Shown: piece by piece, positions 56,816-64,000 of the stretch
Layout of the letters: every line of letters starts with the position of its first letter
Position numbering within the stretch: the first letter of the stretch is position 1
IMG/VR virus record: IMGVR_UViG_3300028558_000791
Location: 62,001-126,000 of that record
Length of the DNA: 64,000 bases
Direction: 5' to 3' (one strand)
Program-made: the position numbers and the translations under genes
The notes under the pieces: generated by a model
What the model was told of the DNA's origin: nothing
The model's database searches: none
The model's input: the letters and a program-made list of their open reading frames with translations, nothing else

Positions 56816-57525
56816 AAATCAAACGAATCTCAGATCAAACTGCTAGGAATTTCAAAATGCGACTTTGTCATGTGTCAGATACTCACGGTAGATTCCCTCG
56901 TCTCTATGGACGATACGATGCCGTTATCCACACTGGCGATCTGTTTCCTAACAGCCATCATGTGTTTTCTGGGAACAAGAATCAAGAGATGGCATTCCAA
57001 CTCAAGTGGCTTCGTGAGAGTGCGGAAGAGATCAAGTCTTGGCTTCAGGGCCATCCCTTGCTCTATGTTCCTGGCAATCATGACTTCTTGCACTCCAGTC
57101 TAATGGAGTTCGAGTTGCGCCAGATTGGTTTGGAAGCATTCGATCTGACGGATAAGACGCTCAACTTTCGAGGGGTAAACTTCTATGGTTTCCCTTACGT
57201 ACCAGAAATCAATGGTATGTGGAACTATGAGCGCCGGCTCCCGGAGATGCAGAAGGAAGTCGACAAGATGGTTGAAATTGTCAACAAAGAATATGTCGAC
57301 GTTTTGGCTTGCCATGCTCCACCCTATAAAATGCTTGACCTCACGATGGGTAATGAGGTTGTAGGTTGTCAGGTAATGTCTACGGCTCTAGATTACAAAA
57401 TCAGCAGAGATATGATGCCTTCTTATTTCTTGTGCGGTCACATCCATGAAGCAAATGGAATGTCTGTGCGTAATGGGATGATGGTTAGCAACGCTGCTAC
57501 CACGCGTCATATCATCGAGGTCTAA
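56812..57525 (+). CDS. Calcineurin-like metallophosphoesterase, copy 2
   Basis: VSDTHG, HTGDL, PGNHD, CHAPP, CGHIHE. Confidence 0.88.
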   Translation: MKIKRISDQTARNFKMRLCHVSDTHGRFPRLYGRYDAVIHTGDLFPNSHHVFSGNKNQEMAFQLKWLRESAEEIKSWLQGHPLLYVPGNHDFLHSSLMEFELRQIGLEAFDLTDKTLNFRGVNFYGFPYVPEINGMWNYERRLPEMQKEVDKMVEIVNKEYVDVLACHAPPYKMLDLTMGNEVVGCQVMSTALDYKISRDMMPSYFLCGHIHEANGMSVRNGMMVSNAATTRHIIEV

Positions 57526-57526
57526 T

Positions 57527-57997
57527 ATGAAAGTCAAACCGAAAGAAGTATTAGTGAATCTCCCAGTGGCTCTATTGTTCGATGAGCCCTGGGAGATTGC
57601 CTCCTTTGCCGCTAACATCAATGCTATCCTTCATGGTAAGGTTAGATTGAAGGCTGAGGATTTGGGCGTACTCGGCGGAAGGTATGTAGGATTGTTTTAC
57701 CTACAGCGTAACGGAGAATCCCAACAGATTCATGATGAGTTCATGCGACTCATTGAAGAAGAGGAAGTTAGCGAGCACGACCATTCTTTTGTCCCTGGCC
57801 CCACTTCTGAGCCTGAGGAAGAATGGATTGATGATGCTCATCCAAGAGATGAAGATAATTATGCTCATGGTCTTTGCAAAGATTGTGACGAATACTCTAT
57901 GCTTCATATCAAAGGAGAGGATCATTGTCGCTGCGGAGGCGAAATGGTCAATGGCGTATGTAAGCTCTTAGGAAAGATTAGAAAGACCAATGCGTAA
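57527..57997 (+). CDS. Hypothetical protein
   Basis: 156-aa ORF, C-terminal Cys cluster. Confidence 0.65.
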   Translation: MKVKPKEVLVNLPVALLFDEPWEIASFAANINAILHGKVRLKAEDLGVLGGRYVGLFYLQRNGESQQIHDEFMRLIEEEEVSEHDHSFVPGPTSEPEEEWIDDAHPRDEDNYAHGLCKDCDEYSMLHIKGEDHCRCGGEMVNGVCKLLGKIRKTNA

Positions 57998-58496
57998 ACA
58001 TCAAGTAAGATTCTATAGCCCAGGAACCCTATTCTCTGAATCGTCAGCCCATGATATCGATAGCTGGGATATTCCTAAAGCAGTCGAGATGGCCGAGAAG
58101 ATTTTGGAAAGATATAATGCGAAACCTTATGGTTTTGTGTTTGAAACTTTTTTGGTGGCTGACGATGTGCCAGATGGAGAAGGTGGAACTCTTCGAGTCG
58201 AATCTAAACGAGTGGCTCAATCTGGAGTCCATTTCCTTGGTGGTAGGTTGGAGACTTATGATGAAGTAGTTGCTCGTAATGACGAGAAGGAAAGTATTCT
58301 TCGAAGCAATATGCGAGGCAATGAACAATGGATTGTGTGCATCAACACTAATAGCTGGCGTACTACCATGCCTTTTGATGAGAAAGATTGCATTGTGGAT
58401 GCTAGGGGATTTGTTACCGAACGAGGTGACCTTCCTAAATATGTAGCCTATCGAGCAGAACAGCTTGCCAAGCGTAAGGCTGAGTTAGGTTACTAA
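57990..58496 (+). CDS. Hypothetical protein
   Basis: 168-aa ORF. Confidence 0.7.
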   Translation: MRKHQVRFYSPGTLFSESSAHDIDSWDIPKAVEMAEKILERYNAKPYGFVFETFLVADDVPDGEGGTLRVESKRVAQSGVHFLGGRLETYDEVVARNDEKESILRSNMRGNEQWIVCINTNSWRTTMPFDEKDCIVDARGFVTERGDLPKYVAYRAEQLAKRKAELGY

Positions 58497-58963
58497 TGAT
58501 AGTGGCATTCACAGGTCATAGGCCCGACAAACTCGGTGGGTACAAGCTTCCCAATGACACTTACATTCGAGTTTGTCAAAAGATTGATACTGCTCTCAAA
58601 GAACTCAAACCAAAGAAGATAATCACTGGTATGGCTTTAGGGGTAGACCAGTGGGCAGCTATGATAGCCCATAAGCTCGGTATTCCCTTCCTAGCGGCGA
58701 TTCCGTTTGAAGGACAGGAGAATGCGTGGCCAGAAGCTAGTAGACGCACCTACCACCTTTTACGCAAGCTAGCGGCCGAAGAAGTCATTGTCAGTCAGGG
58801 TGGGTACTCGGCTGACAAGATGCAGGTTCGCAATATCTGGATGGTCGATAACTGTACTAACCTCATCGCAGTATGGGATGGTACTAAGGGCGGTACAGGT
58901 AATTGTGTAGAATATGCTAAGTCGGTGAATAGGGAAATTTATTACATTGACCCGCGAGCTTGA
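58496..58963 (+). CDS. SLOG-family protein (YspA/DUF1273-like)
   Basis: AFTGHRP, ITGMALGVDQWAA, AIPF, RNIWMVD, LIAVWDG..GGT.NCV.YA. Confidence 0.88.
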   Translation: MIVAFTGHRPDKLGGYKLPNDTYIRVCQKIDTALKELKPKKIITGMALGVDQWAAMIAHKLGIPFLAAIPFEGQENAWPEASRRTYHLLRKLAAEEVIVSQGGYSADKMQVRNIWMVDNCTNLIAVWDGTKGGTGNCVEYAKSVNREIYYIDPRA

Positions 58964-58988
58964 CATGCTAATTCCTAAGCATTAAGCT
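58960..58988 (+). promoter_or_regulatory. Sigma70-like promoter
   Basis: TTGACA-N17-TAAGCT. Confidence 0.5.
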
Positions 58989-59135
58989 TATGGATGAACT
59001 CGTCGTACAGTCTTTAGTTGGTCTTGGCCAATTTTTCATGATATGCTGCGCAGTTGGCAGCATTTGGTTAGTCTATTGGTTCATCAAACAATTCTTTAAA
59101 GACGAGTAATAACTCGGTATATACGATACCACATT

Positions 59136-59221
59136 GCCGATGTGGCGGAATGGCAGACGCGGAAGTTTCAAAAACTTCTGTCCGCAAGGACGTGTGGGTT
59201 CGAGTCCCTCCTTCGGCACCA
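59136..59221 (+). tRNA. tRNA-Leu(CAA)
   Basis: Long variable arm, loop TT-CAA-AA, A73-CCA. Confidence 0.95.
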
Positions 59222-59251
59222 GCATTTTCAATTCAACCTTTCAAGTAAGTC

Positions 59252-59713
59252 ATGAATATTAAGAATCTGTTGACCTTAACGGTTCGTACTGTAGACTTTA
59301 ACTTAGTTGCTAAGCAACCAGAACTTCTGGTTCAGCTAAGAAAATTGACGCTCTCTCCATATTCCGGCTTGAACTATGAACTCAATCGGATGCTGGAAGA
59401 TGTAAAGACACGAGAAGTCAGATGTCAAGTGCTTTTGGCCTATCGTTTTCGTAAACTAGTAGGCTGGGCCATCTTATCGAAAGAAACTACCCAATACAAT
59501 TTTTCTCGGTCTTTTGATGGTTTCAAGGCTGAGAATGGTATGATGTTTCAAGTTTTCGTGGATCCGACTTATCGAAGGCAAGGAATTGCTTCTGAAATAT
59601 ATAAGAAGGCTCAACATCTGGCAAATAATGAACTTCTTCATGTTTGTCCATGGGATGAAAGAAGTACAAATTTCTACGCCCGACATACGACAACAGCTAC
59701 TAAATGGCTGTGA
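59252..59713 (+). CDS. GNAT acetyltransferase
   Basis: VFVDPTYRRQGIASEIY acetyl-CoA loop; STNFY. Confidence 0.8.
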   Translation: MNIKNLLTLTVRTVDFNLVAKQPELLVQLRKLTLSPYSGLNYELNRMLEDVKTREVRCQVLLAYRFRKLVGWAILSKETTQYNFSRSFDGFKAENGMMFQVFVDPTYRRQGIASEIYKKAQHLANNELLHVCPWDERSTNFYARHTTTATKWL

Positions 59714-59746
59714 AATCTAGCAATAAGGCGATATATAAAACACAAC

Positions 59747-59830
59747 GCTACCATGGTGGAATGGCAGACACAGCAGTCTTAGAAGCTGCCGCCGCAAGGC
59801 GTGGGGGTTCGAGTCCCTCTGGTAGCACCA
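59747..59830 (+). tRNA. tRNA-Leu(TAG)
   Basis: Long variable arm, loop CT-TAG-AA, A73-CCA. Confidence 0.95.
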
Positions 59831-59831
59831 A

Positions 59832-60047
59832 ATGGAACATGATTGGCAAGTTGAACTAGTTGAATACTATGATATGGATTCAGACTGGGTATGTCAAAAA
59901 TGTCAAGTTAGAATGCACAGAGAGTTTCCTCGTAAAGAGGGTGGCGGTTACAGAGACACCAGAGAAACTTTAACTGAATTCAAAATTAGACTTGAATCTC
60001 CATGGGAAGCTTGGAGAAAGATTCCTAAAGAATGTTCCAGTAAGTAA
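59832..60047 (+). CDS. Hypothetical protein
   Basis: 71-aa ORF between tRNAs, CQKC. Confidence 0.55.
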   Translation: MEHDWQVELVEYYDMDSDWVCQKCQVRMHREFPRKEGGGYRDTRETLTEFKIRLESPWEAWRKIPKECSSK

Positions 60048-60049
60048 AT

Positions 60050-60126
60050 GCTCAGGTGACGGAATTGGCATACGTACGAGTCTCAGAAACTCGGTTTTGA
60101 GGGTTCGACCCCCTTCTTGAGCACCA
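60050..60126 (+). tRNA. tRNA-Leu(CAG) lacking the long variable arm
   Basis: Leu-type D-loop, loop CT-CAG-AA, 5-nt variable loop GTTTT, A73-CCA. Confidence 0.88.
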
Positions 60127-60130
60127 AATT

Positions 60131-60217
60131 GTCATCGTGGTGGAATGGTATACACACTAGTCTGAGAAGCTAGGGCTCGTAAGGGCCGTGAGGGTTCGAG
60201 TCCCTCCGATGACACCA
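60131..60217 (+). tRNA. tRNA-Leu(GAG)
   Basis: Long variable arm, loop CT-GAG-AA, A73-CCA. Confidence 0.95.
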
Positions 60218-60229
60218 ATTGAGAGGGAA

Positions 60230-61006
60230 TCAACCACCCCAAGTTTTTGGAGCTTCATAAGGGTTAGGTGGCAACTGCTCTGATTCTTTTTCTCTTGTTA
60301 CTTGATAAACGTTAGCATTATCATCATAAGGAATGGCTTGTTTGGCTTTGTATTGAGGTTCTCTTTTGAGATTTTCAAAAGCAAGTTCATTGCTAACGCC
60401 AGGCTGCCTAATACTTTTCTTGTAAATGTCAAGCGCCGCTTGAGTTTGTCTTCCTAACTTACCATCAGGGTTTACTCCGAGCATAGTCTGGAAGACAGGA
60501 TCAATTTTAGGACCAGTCCAACCCTGTGGTTTGGCGGGAGTCTTTGGAGAGACCATTGTTTGAGTTGGAAGATTAATGACATTTGATTGAGGCTGGGAGT
60601 TCCAGTTAATAGGAACTGGGCCCTGTCGATTATCTGTTCCAAACATCTTTTGTTGGCCAGCTTGAACAATTTCAGAATACTGCTCTTGAGAAATCTGGTT
60701 TCCCATATAATCAGTGTGAGCTTGCTGCAAATAACCGCCAACATACTCTTTGACTTTGTCAGGAGTTAGGGTGGCAGTATTGACAGCATTAATGCTTTGA
60801 ATACGACTCTGTGTTGATACCTTAGAGCTTTCAATATCTTCTGGTCTGACTTGTCCGACAGCAAATTTGTTTAATAAAGCATCATAATACTTGGAGCCCA
60901 GCTTTTTCTTTTCTTTTTTAGCGGTCTTGACGGCCAAAGCCCTGGTGGCTAAATTCTCGTAATCAGCGGCCATCTTCATCAATTCTTTTAGGGAGTAGGA
61001 CATCAA
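60230..61006 (-). CDS. Hypothetical protein with a peptidoglycan-binding-like segment
   Basis: FQTMLGVNPDGKLGRQTQAAL resembles PG_binding_1; N-terminal LMKMAADYENLA helix. Confidence 0.75.
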   Translation of the reverse strand: MMSYSLKELMKMAADYENLATRALAVKTAKKEKKKLGSKYYDALLNKFAVGQVRPEDIESSKVSTQSRIQSINAVNTATLTPDKVKEYVGGYLQQAHTDYMGNQISQEQYSEIVQAGQQKMFGTDNRQGPVPINWNSQPQSNVINLPTQTMVSPKTPAKPQGWTGPKIDPVFQTMLGVNPDGKLGRQTQAALDIYKKSIRQPGVSNELAFENLKREPQYKAKQAIPYDDNANVYQVTREKESEQLPPNPYEAPKTWGG

Positions 61007-61069
61007 AACCTCTTTTGCGTACGATATATAAGAGTATACTAATAATTAGGCAAGATTATTACCACATAT

Positions 61070-61145
61070 GGTTTGCGTTGTCATTTGGCAATGATAGGTG
61101 TCTGTGAAACATCAAAAGCGGGTTCGATTCCCGTCGCTCACCCCA
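61070..61145 (+). tRNA. tRNA-His(GTG), copy 1 (divergent)
   Basis: Encoded G-1:C73, loop CT-GTG-AA, two acceptor-stem mismatches. Confidence 0.75.
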
Positions 61146-61157
61146 TACCATTTTTAT

Positions 61158-61232
61158 GGTGACTGTAGTTCAATGGTAGAACGCTAGCTTGTGGCGCTAG
61201 CTACGCGGGTTCGATTCCCGTCAGTCACCCCA
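61158..61232 (+). tRNA. tRNA-His(GTG), copy 2
   Basis: Encoded G-1:C73, loop TT-GTG-GC, CCA. Confidence 0.93.
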
Positions 61233-61236
61233 AAAT

Positions 61237-61311
61237 GGGCCGTTCGTCTACTGGCTAGGACACTTGGCTTTCACCCAGGAAAAACGGGATCGATACCCGT
61301 ACGGCTCACCA
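61237..61311 (+). tRNA. tRNA-Glu(TTC)
   Basis: Loop CT-TTC-AC, T-loop ATCGATA, CCA. Confidence 0.9.
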
Positions 61312-61488
61312 ATGAAAAAGATAGTTAGTTTAGCGTTTCTTTTTTTAATTGCAGCATCTTGCAATCCTAATCCTGCGAATTATCATGTACCGCAGGGCTA
61401 TCAGACCTGCCGAACAATTGCGGACTGTCCTCGTGGCACCTACTGTGGTTTTGTAGAAATTGATAGTTATGCTGTTTGCCGCAGATGA
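61312..61488 (+). CDS. Small Cys-rich lipoprotein
   Basis: Lipobox IAASC; CRTIADCPRGTYC...C module. Confidence 0.6.
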   Translation: MKKIVSLAFLFLIAASCNPNPANYHVPQGYQTCRTIADCPRGTYCGFVEIDSYAVCRR

Positions 61489-61521
61489 ATCTGGCAATAA
61501 GCTGATATAATAGATACGACT

Positions 61522-61597
61522 GGCCCATTCGTCTAATGGTTTAGGACGGCAGCCTCTCACGTTGCTAATACGGGTTCGAATCCCGTATGGGTCACCA
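61522..61597 (+). tRNA. tRNA-Glu(CTC)
   Basis: Loop CT-CTC-AC, CCA. Confidence 0.93.
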
Positions 61598-61610
61598 AGT
61601 AAGTATTCAT

Positions 61611-61687
61611 GTCTCTGTAACTCAACTGGATAGAGTGGCAGTCTTCTAAACTGCAAGTTGGGGGTTCGAGTCCCTCCAGAGATGCCA
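61611..61687 (+). tRNA. tRNA-Arg(TCT)
   Basis: Loop CT-TCT-AA, G73-CCA. Confidence 0.95.
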
Positions 61688-61700
61688 AGTAAGATAACAT

Positions 61701-61777
61701 GTGCCTGTAGCTCAGTTGGATAGAGCGTCGGTCTACGAAACCGAAGGTCGAAGGTTCGAATCCCTCCAGGCATGCCA
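61701..61777 (+). tRNA. tRNA-Arg(ACG)
   Basis: Loop CT-ACG-AA, G73-CCA. Confidence 0.95.
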
Positions 61778-61782
61778 AGTAC

Positions 61783-61857
61783 GTCTCCATAGTGAAACGG
61801 ATATCACGATTGTCTTCGAAACAATCAGTACAGGTTCGATTCCTGTTGGAGATGCCA
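61783..61857 (+). tRNA. tRNA-Arg(TCG)
   Basis: Loop CT-TCG-AA, G73-CCA. Confidence 0.93.
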
Positions 61858-61858
61858 A

Positions 61859-61880
61859 AGCGCCGAAAGGCGCTATTTTT
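61859..61880 (+). terminator. Intrinsic terminator after the Arg tRNA cluster
   Basis: AGCGCC-GAAA-GGCGCT-ATTTTT. Confidence 0.8.
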
Positions 61881-61899
61881 GTTTCTGGAATATAATAAA

Positions 61900-62304
61900 A
61901 TGGAACTTCATGATATTTGCGATGGCTGTAGTAGACATCCCGCCGTTTGCATATGCAGTGTGTCCGTTGGACCAGATGGCGTATCGGCATCTCGACCTCA
62001 GCCTGCTGCAATGGCTGATAAGCTCAGAATCATTGCTAGTGATGCTCGTATTAAAGAACACCAAACAATGTCTCAAAGCTTAACTGAACAAGTTAGATTC
62101 AAGGCTTTTGCAGCCGCTAAACAAGGAAAAGTATCTCTTCATATCTGGTGTGGCAGCCAAAACATCTCAAAAGAAGCTGCCGAGATGGTCGCTCGTGAAT
62201 TGGAACGAGACGGTTTCAAATGTACCATCAGCCATGAAATTACAGCCCATTATTCAAATACGGACTGTGATTCTGAAGACCTTTTATTTGTTAGTTGGGA
62301 ATGA
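61900..62304 (+). CDS. Hypothetical protein
   Basis: ORF from ATG 61900, N-terminal CDGC...CICS. Confidence 0.65.
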   Translation: MELHDICDGCSRHPAVCICSVSVGPDGVSASRPQPAAMADKLRIIASDARIKEHQTMSQSLTEQVRFKAFAAAKQGKVSLHIWCGSQNISKEAAEMVARELERDGFKCTISHEITAHYSNTDCDSEDLLFVSWE

Positions 62305-62307
62305 ATC

Positions 62308-63270
62308 ATGAAAATCCTGTCAGGCATACAGCCGTCAGGAACAATTCACATCGGAAACTATTTTGGAATGATCAAGCCACTGCTTGGTTTCCAAGACAAG
62401 GGAGAAGTGTTTTGTTTCTTGGCGGATTACCATTCAATGACCTCATTGTTTGATGCAAAAGAACGTAAAGCAAATTCTATCGAAGCGGCCACTACTCTTT
62501 TAGCTTGTGGTCTAGACCCCCTGAAGACAACCTTCTTCAAACAGTCAGACGTACCACAAGTAACTGAACTGGCCTGGATGCTGTCCACCGTAACTCCTAT
62601 GGGATTACTAGAACGCTGTCATAGCTACAAAGATAAGACATCCAAAGGTATCTCGGCTAATCATGGGCTATTTGCTTATCCCGTATTGATGGCAGCAGAT
62701 ATTCTCATCTACCAATCTAATCTTGTACCAGTTGGTAAAGATCAGATGCAGCACCTAGAAGTTGCCCGCGACATTGCTGTCAAGTTCAATACTGCTTATG
62801 GAGATGTATTTACCCTGCCAGAACCATTCATTCAACAGCAAGTTGCTATTGTTCCGGGAACTGATGGCGGTAAGATGTCCAAAAGCCACGGCAATACACT
62901 TGAAGTGTTTGGAGATGAGAAGCTTCTCAAAAAGAAGATAATGTCCATCACAATGGATAGTAGGTCTCCAACTGAGCCTAAACCTGACGCTAGCCAGAAT
63001 ACAGCTATTCAGTTGCTGAAATTGGTAGCTCCCGAAGATATTGCTTCTGATACAGAGACAAAGCTTAGGGAAGGTCAGCTTGGCTATGGTACGCTCAAGG
63101 GAATCCTGTTTGAGCATTGTACTAACTACTTTGCCAAACCACGTGAGTTGTACAACGATTTGAAGAATAACCAAGACTATGTTGAGGCTATTCTCGAAGA
63201 TGGGGCTGCTCGTGCAGCTTGTACAGCTCAATATACGATGAAGAACGTAAGGAAGGCTGTTGGTCTATGA
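62308..63270 (+). CDS. trpS: Tryptophanyl-tRNA synthetase
   Basis: SGIQPSG.IHIGNY (HIGH), YPVLMAADIL, PVGKDQMQHLE, KMSKS. Confidence 0.96.
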   Translation: MKILSGIQPSGTIHIGNYFGMIKPLLGFQDKGEVFCFLADYHSMTSLFDAKERKANSIEAATTLLACGLDPLKTTFFKQSDVPQVTELAWMLSTVTPMGLLERCHSYKDKTSKGISANHGLFAYPVLMAADILIYQSNLVPVGKDQMQHLEVARDIAVKFNTAYGDVFTLPEPFIQQQVAIVPGTDGGKMSKSHGNTLEVFGDEKLLKKKIMSITMDSRSPTEPKPDASQNTAIQLLKLVAPEDIASDTETKLREGQLGYGTLKGILFEHCTNYFAKPRELYNDLKNNQDYVEAILEDGAARAACTAQYTMKNVRKAVGL

Positions 63271-63461
63271 AGACTAAAGAATGGCTTCTAAATCGTAAAA
63301 GAGATTTGGAAGAAGAGCTTGAGGGTTACGACGAGCTAATAGAAGAGCTGAAAGAAGTTGAAAAAGCTCTTGCTGCTTTGGAACCCAAAAAGAAAAAGAC
63401 CGAGTGTAATGGATGCGCAAGTGGTTGTGATATCTGTCGCACTGGCCCTTACTACCGATGA
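63267..63461 (+). CDS. Hypothetical protein (coiled coil plus CxxC..CxxC)
   Basis: Coupled ORF. Confidence 0.6.
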   Translation: MKTKEWLLNRKRDLEEELEGYDELIEELKEVEKALAALEPKKKKTECNGCASGCDICRTGPYYR

Positions 63462-63688
63462 AGGATATCATGTCAGATCAGGACGATGAAGATTTGAGGT
63501 TGCGTGATAAACTGGCAGCGGCTGCCCTTCCAGCTCTCATTCAGAGGTATAACGATAAAGTTGATAGTAAATGGATTGTAGATGGTGAGGTAACAGAACG
63601 ATTTGGTTATGATGCAGATCAGATAGCTATCTTGGCGTATAAGATAGCTGATGCGATGCGTAAAGCTAGATTACAAGCTTTTACTTGA
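63458..63688 (+). CDS. Hypothetical protein with C-terminal RLQAFT
   Basis: LRDKLAAAALPAL...IAILAYKIADAM. Confidence 0.7.
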   Translation: MKDIMSDQDDEDLRLRDKLAAAALPALIQRYNDKVDSKWIVDGEVTERFGYDADQIAILAYKIADAMRKARLQAFT

Positions 63689-63696
63689 GAAAAACA

Positions 63697-64000
63697 ATGA
63701 AAACATTTGAAGACTTGGAACAACGTGGTCTAATTAAACAGACAACTAACACAGAGAAGTTACGTGAACTACTCAACTCAAATGTTCCAGTCACGTTTTA
63801 CATTGGGTTCGATCCGACCGCTGACAGTTTGCATGTAGGACATCTACTGCAAATTGTTACGGCCAAACGTTTAGCTGATGCGGGCCATCGCCCCATCATG
63901 CTAATCGGCGGGGCTACCGCATTGATCGGTGATCCCACCGGGAAGTCTGAAATGCGCAAGATGCTTTCTCACTCTGACATTAGAGTGAATGGTGAAGCTA
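63697..64000 (+). CDS. tyrS: Tyrosyl-tRNA synthetase (5' part; runs off the window; not in the ORF track)
   Basis: Manual translation: LEQRGLI...FYIGFDPTADSLHVGHL...LIGGATALIGDPTGKSEMR. Confidence 0.93.
   Translation, partial: MKTFEDLEQRGLIKQTTNTEKLRELLNSNVPVTFYIGFDPTADSLHVGHLLQIVTAKRLADAGHRPIMLIGGATALIGDPTGKSEMRKMLSHSDIRVNGEA

Overview
This is a gene-dense, mostly plus-strand, AT-leaning 64 kb segment that looks like the auxiliary (host-takeover and anti-defence) region of a very large bacteriophage. This is an inference from 26 tRNA genes grouped by amino acid, many short hypothetical ORFs, and scattered single copies of host-like enzymes; no capsid, terminase or rRNA genes fall in the window. 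Three themes dominate. (1) Translation: EF-G, EF-Ts, TrpRS, a partial TyrRS, a monomeric mitochondrial-type PheRS, Pth2, a Thg1-like protein, GroES, a (p)ppGpp-hydrolase-like HD protein and a possible RNA healing/sealing kit. (2) NAD and ADP-ribose: NadM-Nudix, NAMPT and NadE; a WGR-HD-ART PARP with an intact H-Y-E triad, co-transcribed with a UV-dimer glycosylase, a macrodomain and a NADAR; two ARH/DraG glycohydrolases; a SLOG protein; and an NAD-dependent ligase. (3) Signals with no standard feature name: a C-terminal (L)KAF-X motif shared by unrelated small proteins, a covarying two-hairpin leader in front of both nadM and nadV, a switch-like leader in front of fusA, two structured non-tRNA RNAs inside the Gly tRNA cluster, and two recurrent promoter classes. 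All annotations come from motif recognition by eye; no database searches or folding computations were run.
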